Source: Salmonella phage P22
Strand: one strand, 5' to 3'
Sequence record: NC_002371.2
DNA: 32,000 nt
In this document: piece after piece, positions 1 through 18,265 of the stretch
Layout of the letters: every line of letters starts with the position of its first letter
Position numbering within the stretch: the first letter of the stretch is position 1
Made by a program: the position numbers and the translations under genes
Notes under the pieces: generated by a model
Database searches by the model: none
What the model was told of the DNA's origin: nothing
Seen by the model: the letters and a program-made list of their open reading frames with translations, nothing else

Positions 1-202
1 AGAGAAGATTTATCTGAAGTCGTTACGCGAGCAGAACAGGTCATCTACGACCAGAAATTCTCTGGCGCAGCCGCTGACCTTCTCAACGCTAACATCATCG
101 CCCGTGATTTGGGCCTCAAAGAGCAGTCGCAAGTTGAAGACGTGACACCTGATAAGGGAGATCGCGATAAGCGACGCTCTCGTATCAAGGAGCTATTCAA
201 CC

Positions 203-225
<23 letters not shown>
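1..225 (+). CDS. 3: Terminase small subunit, C-terminal part (5' truncated by window edge)
   Basis: Frame 1 is open from base 1 to TGA at 223-225 and translates [74 protein letters not shown], the gp3-type C-terminus; overlaps the start of gene 2. Confidence 0.9.
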
Positions 226-6096
<5,871 letters not shown>

Positions 6097-6101
6097 CTAA
6101 C

Positions 6102-6123
6102 AGGGGCTGCGGCCCCTTTCTTT
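6102..6123 (+). terminator. Terminator-like hairpin directly after the coat gene
   Basis: AGGGGC-TGCG-GCCCCT followed by TTCTTT. Confidence 0.55.
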
Positions 6124-6134
6124 ATGGAGTGGCT

Positions 6135-8206
<2,072 letters not shown>

Positions 8207-8209
8207 AAT

Positions 8210-8911
8210 ATGGCAGACCCGTCACTTAATAATCCTGTCGTTATTCAGGCCACCCGTCTCGACGCTTCAATTCTTCCCCGTAACGTCTTTAGCAAGTCTT
8301 ATCTGCTCTATGTAATCGCGCAGGGAACTGACGTTGGTGCTATTGCAGGAAAGGCAAACGAAGCTGGACAGGGTGCTTATGACGCACAGGTAAAAAATGA
8401 TGAGCAGGATGTAGAGCTTGCAGACCATGAAGCAAGAATTAAGCAACTGCGCATCGATGTAGATGATCACGAAAGTCGCATTACTGCGAACACTAAGGCA
8501 ATTACTGCGCTGAATGTCAGGGTAACTACCGCTGAAGGAGAAATTGCCTCCTTGCAGACTAATGTTAGTGCTCTTGATGGCAGGGTTACGACTGCCGAGA
8601 ACAATATTTCGGCATTGCAGGCTGACTACGTATCTAAAACCGCCACTACATCTCAATCGCTGGCTTCACCCCTCAACGTGACAACGTCATATTCAGTCGG
8701 CGGAAAGAAGGTTGTCGGCGCTCGCCAGACTGGATGGACCGCGGCAACAGGTACGGCGAATAAAGGCGTATTCGATGCTGACCTGACATTCGCCGTTAGC
8801 GATACTTACACGCAATCTGAAATCCAGGCTATAGCCAATGCTCTAATTACTGAGCGTCGGCGCACTAAGGCTTTGGAAGACGCCTTGCGTGCACATGGGT
8901 TGATTGATTAA
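8210..8911 (+). CDS. 26: Tail needle / head completion protein (P22 gp26, 233 aa)
   Basis: Trimeric coiled-coil heptads ([38 protein letters not shown]) between an N-terminal plug and C-terminal tip; 233 aa as P22 gp26. Confidence 0.96.
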   Translation: MADPSLNNPVVIQATRLDASILPRNVFSKSYLLYVIAQGTDVGAIAGKANEAGQGAYDAQVKNDEQDVELADHEARIKQLRIDVDDHESRITANTKAITALNVRVTTAEGEIASLQTNVSALDGRVTTAENNISALQADYVSKTATTSQSLASPLNVTTSYSVGGKKVVGARQTGWTAATGTANKGVFDADLTFAVSDTYTQSEIQAIANALITERRRTKALEDALRAHGLID

Positions 8912-9366
8912 TGATTACATTCACTCCAACACGCAACATCGACCTGATAGAAATGGTTGGCAACCACCCCGACATCATTGCCGGAAGCAACAACGGTGAC
9001 GGATACGACTACAAGCCTGAGTGTCGTTACTTTGAAGTGAACGTACATGGTCAGTTCGGTGGCATCGTGTATTACAACGAGATTCAGCCGATGACCTTTG
9101 ACTGCCACGCCATGTACCTGCCTGAGATTCGCGGATTCAGTAAGGAAATCGGACTGGCGTTCTGGCGATATATTCTCACCAATACCACCGTTCAGTGCGT
9201 TACATCATTTGCTGCACGCAAATTTCGCCACGGTCAGATGTACTGCGCAATGATTGGCCTTAAGCGTGTGGGAACCATCAAGAAATACTTCAAAGGCGTA
9301 GATGACGTGACGTTTTACGCCGCCACCCGAGAAGAGTTAACCGAATTACTGAATAACGGGAGATAA
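8911..9366 (+). CDS. 14: Head assembly protein (P22 gp14-like, 151 aa)
   Basis: Conserved order 26-14-7-20-16; [31 protein letters not shown]... Confidence 0.92.
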   Translation: MITFTPTRNIDLIEMVGNHPDIIAGSNNGDGYDYKPECRYFEVNVHGQFGGIVYYNEIQPMTFDCHAMYLPEIRGFSKEIGLAFWRYILTNTTVQCVTSFAARKFRHGQMYCAMIGLKRVGTIKKYFKGVDDVTFYAATREELTELLNNGR

Positions 9367-9368
9367 AC

Positions 9369-10058
9369 ATGTTATATGCATTTACGCTGGGCAGGAAACT
9401 GCGCGGTGAGGAACCTTCTTATCCTGAAAAAGGCGGTAAAGGTGGCGCAGATAAAAGCGCAAAGTATGCAGCAGAAGCGCAAAAGTATGCCGCAGACCTG
9501 CAAAACCAGCAGTTCAATACCATCATGAACAACCTGAAGCCGTTTACTCCTCTGGCAGATAAGTATATCGGCAGTCTTGAAGGTTTATCGTCTCTCGAAG
9601 GTCAGGGGCAGGCGCTTAATAATTACTATAACTCCCAACAATACCAGGACCTTGCGGGGCAGGCTCGCTATCAGAATCTGGCAGCGGCAGAAGCAACAGG
9701 TGGCCTGGGTTCTACAGCGACCAGTAACCAGCTTTCAGCAATCGCCCCAACACTTGGTCAGCAATGGCTGTCAGGTCAGATGAATAACTATCAGAACCTT
9801 GCAAATATTGGTCTTGGTGCGCTTCAGGGGCAGGCAAACGCCGGACAGACATATGCCAACAATATGAGTCAGATTTCACAGCAAAGCGCGGCTCTTGCAG
9901 CGGCAAATGCCAACAGACCATCAGCTATGCAATCTGCTATTGGCGGAGGTGCGTCTGGTGCGATTGCTGGGGCTGGACTTGCGAAATTAATTGGTTCATC
10001 AACTCCGTGGGGTGCTGCCATCGGTGGTGGTATTGGTCTGCTTGGCTCGTTGTTTTAA
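9369..10058 (+). CDS. 7: DNA ejection (pilot) protein (P22 gp7, 229 aa)
   Basis: Ala/Gln-rich 229-aa ORF with Gly-rich hydrophobic C-terminus in conserved position. Confidence 0.93.
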   Translation: MLYAFTLGRKLRGEEPSYPEKGGKGGADKSAKYAAEAQKYAADLQNQQFNTIMNNLKPFTPLADKYIGSLEGLSSLEGQGQALNNYYNSQQYQDLAGQARYQNLAAAEATGGLGSTATSNQLSAIAPTLGQQWLSGQMNNYQNLANIGLGALQGQANAGQTYANNMSQISQQSAALAAANANRPSAMQSAIGGGASGAIAGAGLAKLIGSSTPWGAAIGGGIGLLGSLF

Positions 10059-10068
10059 GGGGTAATCA

Positions 10069-11484
10069 ATGGCTACGTGGCAGCAGGGCATTAATTCAGG
10101 TGGTTTTCTGGCTGGCATTGGTGCGCAAAATGAGAACGCACCAAAGGCAAGAGATATTAACGCAACGCTGGGTCTGATTCGCGAAAACAATGATTTAGCC
10201 CGTTCAGGCGCTAATAATGTGGCTTTAACAGGGCTGCGTGGTCTGGCTGGCGTTGCTGATATTTATAACCAGGAACAGCAACAGAAAGCGCTAAACGCAT
10301 TCAACCAGGTTCATGCCAACGCATGGGCTACTGGTGACCCGTCTGGCCTGTTTAAGTTTGCTCAGGAAAACCCTGCGTTTGTTGCGCAGGCACAGCAGGC
10401 GTTTTCCGGTCTTAATGAGCAGCAGCGTAACGATATGGGCGATTTAGCTATGAAGGCTAACGTCGCTCTTTCTCAGGGGCCGGAAGCCTACAGTAAATTC
10501 ATTACTGATAACAAGGACAGGTTAAATCGTGTTGGCGCTAATCCGGACTGGATGATACAGACTGGAGTGCAGAATCCAGAACAGCTATCACACATGCTGA
10601 CTACGATGTCCCTCGGTGCGCTTGGACCCGAAAAGGCGTTTGCTGTTCAGGATAAGATGGTTGGCCGTGAGATTGACCGAGGCAGGCTGGCTGAAACAAT
10701 CCGCAGCAATAAAGCCGGTGAGGGGCTTCAGGCTCGCGGGCAGAATATAACAATGCGTGGACAAGATATGTCAGCGGCAACAGCACGACGCGGTCAAGAT
10801 TTGGCAACGCAAAGAGCAAACGCCAGAACGATATCAGGCAGCGAAGGAAATCGGGTCGTTCAGCTTGCAGACGGGCGAACAGTCAGCGTCGGTGGAAAAC
10901 TTCACGGCGCAGGGGCGAATGCGTTTTACGAAGGTATTGACGATAACGGCAATATGGTTCGTGTCCCGGCAAGCGCCATTGCCGCACCTCCAACGTCTGC
11001 GGCAAGCGCACAGAACTACGCAATGAAGAAAGACATTGATGCAATCGCAAATGCAGATGCTTCTGCTCTCGATTTCATGACTGGAATGACTGGCGGAGCA
11101 GGAAATCCGGCAATTGGTGCAGATGTTCGCAGCCGACTCACAGGCAAAGAGCAACGCCAGTTATATAACTCCGCACAACGTATTCAGGGAAGAATGCAGA
11201 ATCAGGGCGTGGCAGCAGCAAGAGATATGGGCGCTAGCGGTATCAACACCATTGCAGAAGCGAAGATGTATTTTCAGGGGATGCCGCAGGTTGACTACTC
11301 AAGCCCGGAGGCTATGCAGCAGTCTATTCGTGAGATTCAGGAATACACCAACAATTATAACCAGCAGTACAACGTTAATGTTGGTAATGGTGGGCTGAAA
11401 TCACCAAGGCAGCAGCCAGATACTCAGCAATCAGCCGGAGGAAGTTACACGTCTAAATCTGGCATTAAATTCACGGTGGAATAA
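10069..11484 (+). CDS. 20: DNA ejection protein (P22 gp20, 471 aa)
   Basis: 471-aa ORF in conserved position and size. Confidence 0.94.
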
Positions 11485-13313
11485 TGAAAGTTACCGCTAA
11501 TGGCAAGACATTCAACTTCCCTGATGGAACCAGCACAGAAGACATCGGCGCTGCAGTTGATGAGTATTTTGCAGGGCAGGCATCAGCAGCAGAAACACAA
11601 CCAGCAGAACAGCAGGAAGAACCACAGCAGCCTGAACAATCCCTGATGCAACGGGCTGGTGACTTACTCACTGGCGGCCAGTCAGCAGGCCAGATTGCAG
11701 AGCAGGCTGGGCGTGGGCTCGTAAATATCCCGTTTGATGTATTGCAGGGCGGCGCGAGTCTCATTAACGCAATCAGCCAAGGGTTAGGCGGCCCGAAAGT
11801 GCTGGATGACGTGTATCGCCCGGTAGATCGCCCGACTGACCCATATGCGCAGGCAGGAGAATCCATTGGCGGGTATCTAATTCCAGGCGCTGGCGTCGCT
11901 GGCAACATGGCGATCGGCTCAGTGGCTGAGGCAGCCAATCAGCAGGGAGATTTTGCTGGCAACGTTGCGAAGAATGCCGCGGTAAACCTCGGCGCTCAGG
12001 GGCTACTTTCTGGCGCAGCTAAATTAGTCGGGCGTGGCATTACTGCAGCAAGAGGTGAGATTGCACCAGAGGCCAGACAACTGATTGATACCGCTGAGAG
12101 TATGGGTGTTAAGCCCATGACGTCAGATATGATCAAGCCTGGCAATGCCTTTACTCGCAGCTTAATGCAAGGTGGTGAAGGTGCGTTGCTTGGAACGGGA
12201 GGAAAAAGAGCAGAACAGTACGCTATCCGCAGCAAACTTCTAGGCGACTATTTCGACCGAGTGGGAGGATACAATCCTGATGATATCGTTAAGTCAATGA
12301 CCAGTACAGTAGGAGGGCGTAAAAATGCGGCAGGAGCAGTAAGAGATGAAATAGTAAATAGAATGGGAAGCGCTCCAGTGGGAACCACCAATTCAATTAA
12401 TGCAATTGATACAAATATTGCAAGACTTGAGAAGCTCGGCACATCAGCGGACCAGAGGCTTTTGACAGCGCTTAAAAATCTAAAGGGGGAATTGAATAGC
12501 GGGAATGTTGATTTTGATCTCCTGCAACAGCATCGCACTGCATTCCGCACCAATGTTCAGGGTGATGCGATGGTATTCCCAAATCAGGCCAAGGCTGCAA
12601 CTAACATGGTTGAAAATGCAATGACTCGTGATTTGCGCAATGCTGTCGGTAAATCACTAGGGCCACAAGATGCAGCAAAATATCTCAAATCCAACTCAGA
12701 CTTCGCAAACATTTACAATAAGGTTCTGAATAAGCGCATCTCTAATACGCTAAATAAAGCCAGAAGCGAATACACACCCGAGCTTATTAACACCGTTGTT
12801 TTCAGTCGCAAACCGTCAGATATAAAGCGCATATGGAGCTCCCTGGATAACAAAGGAAAGGACGCAATGCGAGCTGCATACATCAGCAAGATTGCTGAAA
12901 AAACTGGTGATTCTCCAGCTAAGTTCATAACCGAAGTAAACAAATTAAAAGCGCAATCCGGAGGTGAGATTTACAACACCATTTTCAGCGGACGACACAT
13001 GAAGGAACTTGATGCGCTTCATGATGTGCTGAGACAAACAGCTAGGTCTGATTCGGCAAATGTTGTCACACAGACGGGGCAGGCGCTGGCAAATCCGGTA
13101 AGGCTTGGCGCTGCAATTCCTACTTTAGGTAAGTCACTCGCAGCAGAGGCCGGCTATGGCTTGGCAATGAGGGTGTATGAGAGCAAGCCAATAAGAAATA
13201 TGCTACTCAGGCTGGCTAACACCAAGCCGGGCACACCTGCATATGAGCGTGCGCTGAATCAGGCCGCTACTGCAGTGCGCCCTCTTTTAGCTAACGAAGC
13301 TACCCGGCAGTAG
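11484..13313 (+). CDS. 16: DNA ejection protein (P22 gp16, 609 aa)
   Basis: 609-aa ORF with multiple GxxxG-type hydrophobic segments; overlaps gene 20 stop. Confidence 0.94.
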
Positions 13314-13335
13314 CGCTATAAGCCAAGGACGGCAT

Positions 13336-13830
13336 TTATTTTATAGTTTTTATGAATTCTTTATTAAATCCATTCGCTTCTCCGGGGTATCTTCCAAAGA
13401 CAATTTTTATAAAAACAGAAAAAATAAAGATAGCAATGCTTAACAACAATTGCAGTATCATTGGAACCCAAAGAACAACAGGCTCTATATTCATGAAACC
13501 AAATATTCTTCCTGCGATCATGGCAAAGTACCACACTGTTATCAGCAAACTTAGTGGTATATGAATTACTGATATTATCAATCCAAGGGCATCAGTAATT
13601 CTGTTTTCAAATCTTTCAGGGGAAAACTTTTCTTTAAGGTAATTGAGTACGTAGGCCTCATTCTCTGGATTTTTAGCATTTTTCCCTATTGCAATAGAAA
13701 CCTCAGATATCCTTGATTCAAGTCTTTTACGTTTAATAAAATTAGAAAAAAACAACCACGCAATCTGCAATCCTATCCCCAGAAATAGAGTTGCGGCAAC
13801 TAGCACAGCATAACTCATAGAATCAGACAC
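13336..13830 (-). CDS. sieA: Superinfection exclusion protein A, inner-membrane protein (164 aa, GTG start)
   Basis: GTG start at 13830 preceded by AAGGAGG Shine-Dalgarno; [28 protein letters not shown] with several TM segments. Upstream part of the 236-aa track ORF lies antisense to the + strand ORF and is rejected. Confidence 0.88.
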
Positions 13831-13860
13831 ACCAACCTCCTTAGTTTTGTGCAGGATACC

Positions 13861-14226
13861 ATGAAAAAAGTTAACATTGGAAACGTACCAAAGATGCTCG
13901 TTCCGCTCTTTGAGAGCGGTACAATTGTGTTTTGTAGAGACTTTCCAGAATGGCAACGCCTGCATCAAAAACTTGGTGTGGACGTGCAGGACTCGGATGC
14001 CAACGGAGCGTCTCATACAATGAGCAGCGAGAATGGTGTTTTGCATGTGATAGGCGTGTTCAATGGCAAACTATCTACTATTGCCCATGAGTGCGCTCAC
14101 ATGGCATTCGATATCTGCTCAAGGGTCGGTGTTGATGTTGAACCAGGAAGAGCCAACGAGACTTACTGCTACTTAATGAGCAGGCTTGTTGAGTTCTGCG
14201 AGCGACATATCAAAAAGCCGGAGTGA
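13861..14226 (+). CDS. Small protein with HEXXH (zinc metallopeptidase-like) motif
   Basis: Translates [19 protein letters not shown]...[35 protein letters not shown]; HECAH followed 19 residues later by Glu; AGGA upstream of ATG. Confidence 0.7.
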   Translation: MKKVNIGNVPKMLVPLFESGTIVFCRDFPEWQRLHQKLGVDVQDSDANGASHTMSSENGVLHVIGVFNGKLSTIAHECAHMAFDICSRVGVDVEPGRANETYCYLMSRLVEFCERHIKKPE

Positions 14227-14239
14227 CCCGGCTTGATTA

Positions 14240-14422
14240 TTACTTTTTGCTGTCTGGAGTTCGCTTATCTAATACCCAGCCATTACCTGGCTTTGTTGTT
14301 GGTGGAAGCCTTTCGTTGTCCTTGACGGTGGCAAAATTGTCTTTCTTACCGCCTCGCGGGCCAACTTCTTGGTATATTCCGCCGTTTTTTCCTGTGTTTT
14401 CACCTGGTTTTTTCGCCATGAT
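14240..14422 (-). CDS. Small YjzC-like protein (59 aa, as P22 orf59a)
   Basis: MAKKPGENTGKNGGIYQEVGPRGGKKDNFATVKDNERLPPTTKPGNGWVLDKRTPDSKK, exactly 59 codons. Confidence 0.75.
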   Translation of the reverse strand: MMAKKPGENTGKNGGIYQEVGPRGGKKDNFATVKDNERLPPTTKPGNGWVLDKRTPDSKK

Positions 14423-14518
14423 ATACCTCAACATACACCCGTTATTGGGCGATTAAATATTGATCTCATTTTATAAGTAGTCAATATGGCCCAGGTAAAT
14501 GCAAAAATTAACCCGCCG

Positions 14519-14770
14519 TCAGGTGGTTTTTTTGTACAAATCCTTCAGCGTATCAAACACCATCTTCTTAACAAGCTCTGACTGCTCATCAGCGAGTCGT
14601 TCTGCATCGTTGCGATATCCAGTCACAGGCGATGGTTTTGATAGAGCATCTTGGACGATTTGTAACAACTCGGAGTTCATTGATCTCCCATTCGCCTCCG
14701 CCCTGAATTTTAATTTCTCCCTGACTTCCATAGGCATACGGAAGTTAAAGTGCGGATCATCTCTAGCCAT
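14519..14770 (-). CDS. mnt: Mnt repressor (ribbon-helix-helix, 83 aa)
   Basis: MARDDPHFNFRMPMEVREKLKFRAEANGRSMNSELLQIVQDALSKPSPVTGYRND... is P22 Mnt; true start at 14770, not the 195-aa track start. Confidence 0.97.
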   Translation of the reverse strand: MARDDPHFNFRMPMEVREKLKFRAEANGRSMNSELLQIVQDALSKPSPVTGYRNDAERLADEQSELVKKMVFDTLKDLYKKTT

Positions 14771-14792
14771 GCCATCACTCCAAGTTAGTGTA

Positions 14793-14821
14793 TTGACATG
14801 ATAGAAGCACTCTACTATATT
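14793..14821 (+). promoter_or_regulatory. Pant promoter with Arc operator in the spacer
   Basis: TTGACA (14793-14798), 17-bp spacer, TATATT (14816-14821); Arc operator ATGATAGAAGCACTCTACTAT at 14798-14818. Confidence 0.93.
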
Positions 14822-14828
14822 CTCAATA

Positions 14829-14843
14829 GGTCCACGGTGGACC
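14829..14843. promoter_or_regulatory. Mnt operator
   Basis: Palindrome GGTCCACGGTGGACC immediately downstream of the Pant -10. Confidence 0.93.
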
Positions 14844-14860
14844 TGTATTGTGAGGTGAAT

Positions 14861-15022
14861 ATGAAAGGAATGAGCAAAATGCCGCAGTTCAATTTGCGGT
14901 GGCCTAGAGAAGTATTGGATTTGGTACGCAAGGTAGCGGAAGAGAATGGTCGGTCTGTTAATTCTGAGATTTATCAGCGAGTAATGGAAAGCTTTAAGAA
15001 GGAAGGGCGCATTGGCGCGTAA
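14861..15022 (+). CDS. arc: Arc repressor (ribbon-helix-helix, 53 aa)
   Basis: MKGMSKMPQFNLRWPREVLDLVRKVAEENGRSVNSEIYQRVMESFKKEGRIGA, exact Arc sequence. Confidence 0.98.
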   Translation: MKGMSKMPQFNLRWPREVLDLVRKVAEENGRSVNSEIYQRVMESFKKEGRIGA

Positions 15023-15090
15023 AGTTGAAGCCCCAACTGCGGTAACAGTCAGGGCTTCGGTTGTCAGTAAATCCTTGGAGAAAAACCAAC
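15022..15090 (-). ncRNA. sar: sar antisense RNA region (approximate ends)
   Basis: arc-ant intergenic with hairpin GAAGCCC-CA-ACTG-CGGTAA-CAGT-CA-GGGCTTC (15027-15058); a leftward RNA here would cover the ant SD (CTTGGAG). sar is established in P22 at this position; exact ends not derivable by eye. Confidence 0.65.
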
Positions 15091-15993
15091 ATGAATAGTA
15101 TAGCAATTTTAGAAGCAGTTAACACCTCTTACGTGCCGTTTAATGGACAGCATGTTCTTACCGCTATGGTGGCTGGAGTTGCCTATGTAGCTATGAAGCC
15201 AGTCGTGGATAACATTGGTCTCTCATGGTCATCTCAGGTGCAAAAGCTTCTGAAAATGAAAGATAAATTCAACTATGTCGATATCGACATGGTTGCTGGA
15301 GATATGAAGAAACGTCTCATGGGATGCATCCCACTGAAGAAACTTAACGGCTGGCTGTTCAGCATTAACCCTGAGAAAGTTCGTGCAGACATCCGTGACA
15401 AACTGATTAAGTACCAGGAAGAATGCTTCACCGTTCTGTATGATTACTGGACGAAAGGTAAGGCTGAAAACCCGCGTAAGAAAACATCTGTCGATGAGAG
15501 GACGCCGCTTCGTGATGCTGTAAATATGCTTGTAAGCAAAAAGCATCTGATGTACCCAGAAGCTTATGCAATGATCCATCAGCGTTTCAATGTGGAAAGT
15601 ATTGAAGAACTGGAGGCGTCTCAGATACCGCTGGCCGTAGAGTACATCCACAGGGTAGTGCTTGAAGGTGAGTTCATTGGCAAACAAGAGAAGAAAACCA
15701 ACGATCTTTCTGCAAAAGAAGCAAACAGCCTTGTATGGTTATGGGATTATGCCAACCGCTCACAGGCGTTATTCCGCGAACTGTATCCTGCAATGAGACA
15801 GATTCAATCTAACTATTCAGGAAAGTGCTACGACTACGGCCATGAATTCTCGTACATCATTGGAATAGCGAGAGACGTTTTAATTAATCACACGCGAGAT
15901 GTTGATATTAATGAACCTGACGGGCCAACGAATCTTTCCGCATGGATGAGACTTAAGGATAAAGAGCTTCCACCTTCATTACATCGCTACTGA
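15091..15993 (+). CDS. ant: Antirepressor (300 aa)
   Basis: [44 protein letters not shown]..., 300-aa P22 Ant; start at 15091. Confidence 0.97.
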
Positions 15994-16011
15994 CAGATAA
16001 CCAACGCAACG

Positions 16012-16035
16012 ACCCAGCTTCGGCTGGGTTTTTTT
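16012..16035 (+). terminator. Rho-independent terminator after ant
   Basis: ACCCAGC-TTCG-GCTGGGT followed by TTTTTT. Confidence 0.85.
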
Positions 16036-16041
16036 ATGCCC

Positions 16042-16170
16042 AAAATTCACCGTAGCCACGCTTAGGTAATGAGCTTGAAGGAGAGACCTACAAAAAAATT
16101 GTAGGTCGAAAAGCGAACAAAATAACTTCCGAAAAAGTTGTTTTATCACAAAAAATTCACCGTAGCCATG
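16042..16170. repeat. Pair of 19-bp direct repeats flanking a small hairpin, between ant and 9
   Basis: AAAATTCACCGTAGCCACG at 16042-16060 and AAAATTCACCGTAGCCATG at 16152-16170 (18/19); inverted repeat GACCTAC/GTAGGTC at 16085-16107. Confidence 0.85.
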
Positions 16171-16203
16171 CTGCGGCAATTCCTTGCATCTGGAGCAAAT
16201 TAA

Positions 16204-18207
16204 ATGACAGACATCACTGCAAACGTAGTTGTTTCTAACCCTCGTCCAATCTTCACTGAATCCCGTTCGTTTAAAGCTGTTGCTAATGGGAAAATTTACA
16301 TTGGTCAGATTGATACCGATCCGGTTAATCCTGCCAATCAGATACCCGTATACATTGAAAATGAGGATGGCTCTCACGTCCAGATTACTCAGCCGCTAAT
16401 TATCAACGCAGCCGGTAAAATCGTATACAACGGCCAACTGGTGAAAATTGTCACCGTTCAGGGTCATAGCATGGCTATCTATGATGCCAATGGTTCTCAG
16501 GTTGACTATATTGCTAACGTATTGAAGTACGATCCAGATCAATATTCAATAGAAGCTGATAAAAAATTTAAGTATTCAGTAAAATTATCAGATTATCCAA
16601 CATTGCAGGATGCAGCATCTGCTGCGGTTGATGGCCTTCTTATCGATCGAGATTATAATTTTTATGGTGGAGAGACAGTTGATTTTGGCGGAAAGGTTCT
16701 GACTATAGAATGTAAAGCTAAATTTATAGGAGATGGAAATCTTATTTTTACGAAATTAGGCAAAGGTTCCCGCATTGCCGGGGTTTTTATGGAAAGCACT
16801 ACAACACCATGGGTTATCAAGCCTTGGACGGATGACAATCAGTGGCTAACGGATGCCGCAGCGGTCGTTGCCACTTTAAAACAATCTAAAACTGATGGGT
16901 ATCAGCCAACCGTAAGCGATTACGTTAAATTCCCAGGAATAGAAACGTTACTCCCACCTAATGCAAAAGGGCAAAACATAACGTCTACGTTAGAAATTAG
17001 AGAATGTATAGGGGTCGAAGTTCATCGGGCTAGCGGTCTAATGGCTGGTTTTTTGTTTAGAGGGTGTCACTTCTGCAAGATGGTAGACGCCAATAATCCA
17101 AGCGGAGGTAAAGATGGCATTATAACCTTCGAAAACCTTAGCGGCGATTGGGGGAAGGGTAACTATGTCATTGGCGGACGAACCAGCTATGGGTCAGTAA
17201 GTAGCGCCCAGTTTTTACGTAATAATGGTGGCTTTGAACGTGATGGTGGAGTTATTGGGTTTACTTCATATCGCGCTGGGGAGAGTGGCGTTAAAACTTG
17301 GCAAGGTACTGTGGGCTCGACAACCTCTCGCAACTATAATCTGCAATTCCGCGACTCGGTCGTTATTTACCCCGTATGGGACGGATTCGATTTAGGTGCT
17401 GACACTGACATGAATCCGGAGTTGGACAGGCCAGGGGACTACCCTATAACCCAATACCCACTGCATCAGTTACCCCTAAATCACCTGATTGATAATCTTC
17501 TGGTTCGCGGGGCGTTAGGTGTAGGTTTTGGTATGGATGGTAAGGGCATGTATGTGTCTAATATTACCGTAGAAGATTGCGCTGGGTCTGGCGCGTACCT
17601 ACTCACCCACGAATCAGTATTTACCAATATAGCCATAATTGACACCAATACTAAGGATTTCCAGGCGAATCAGATTTATATATCTGGGGCTTGCCGTGTG
17701 AACGGTTTACGTTTAATTGGGATCCGCTCAACCGATGGGCAGGGTCTAACCATAGACGCCCCTAACTCTACCGTAAGCGGTATAACCGGGATGGTAGACC
17801 CCTCTAGAATTAATGTTGCTAATTTGGCAGAAGAAGGGTTAGGTAATATCCGCGCTAATAGTTTCGGCTATGATAGCGCAGCGATTAAACTGCGGATTCA
17901 TAAGTTATCAAAGACATTAGATAGCGGAGCATTGTACTCCCACATTAACGGGGGGGCCGGTTCTGGCTCAGCGTATACTCAACTTACTGCTATTTCAGGT
18001 AGCACACCTGACGCTGTATCATTAAAAGTTAACCACAAAGATTGCAGGGGGGCAGAGATACCATTTGTTCCTGACATCGCGTCAGATGATTTTATAAAGG
18101 ATTCCTCATGTTTTTTGCCATATTGGGAAAATAATTCTACTTCTTTAAAGGCTTTAGTGAAAAAACCCAATGGAGAATTAGTTAGATTAACCTTGGCAAC
18201 ACTTTAG
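16204..18207 (+). CDS. 9: Tailspike endorhamnosidase (P22 gp9, 667 aa)
   Basis: [40 protein letters not shown]... through ...[15 protein letters not shown], matches recalled P22 tailspike. Confidence 0.98.
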
Positions 18208-18216
18208 ATATGTAAT

Positions 18217-18245
18217 AAAAATGGGTGTAAACACCCATTTTTATT
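18217..18245. terminator. Bidirectional terminator between convergent 9 and gtrC
   Basis: AAAAATGGGTGT-AA-ACACCCATTTTT: 8-bp stem with A-tract on the left and T-tract on the right. Confidence 0.88.
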
Positions 18246-18265
18246 TTATGTTAAATATTCTATAG

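Noticed and set aside
13831-14046. N-terminal extension of the sieA ORF
   Set aside because: A GTG with strong AAGGAGG SD at 13830 gives the expected SieA start; the extension is antisense to the HEXXH ORF.
14771-15106. N-terminal extension of the mnt ORF (195 aa)
   Set aside because: Runs through the operator region and antisense to arc; the known Mnt protein begins at 14770.
15229-15687. 152-aa antisense ORF in ant
   Set aside because: Shadow ORF; no supportive features.
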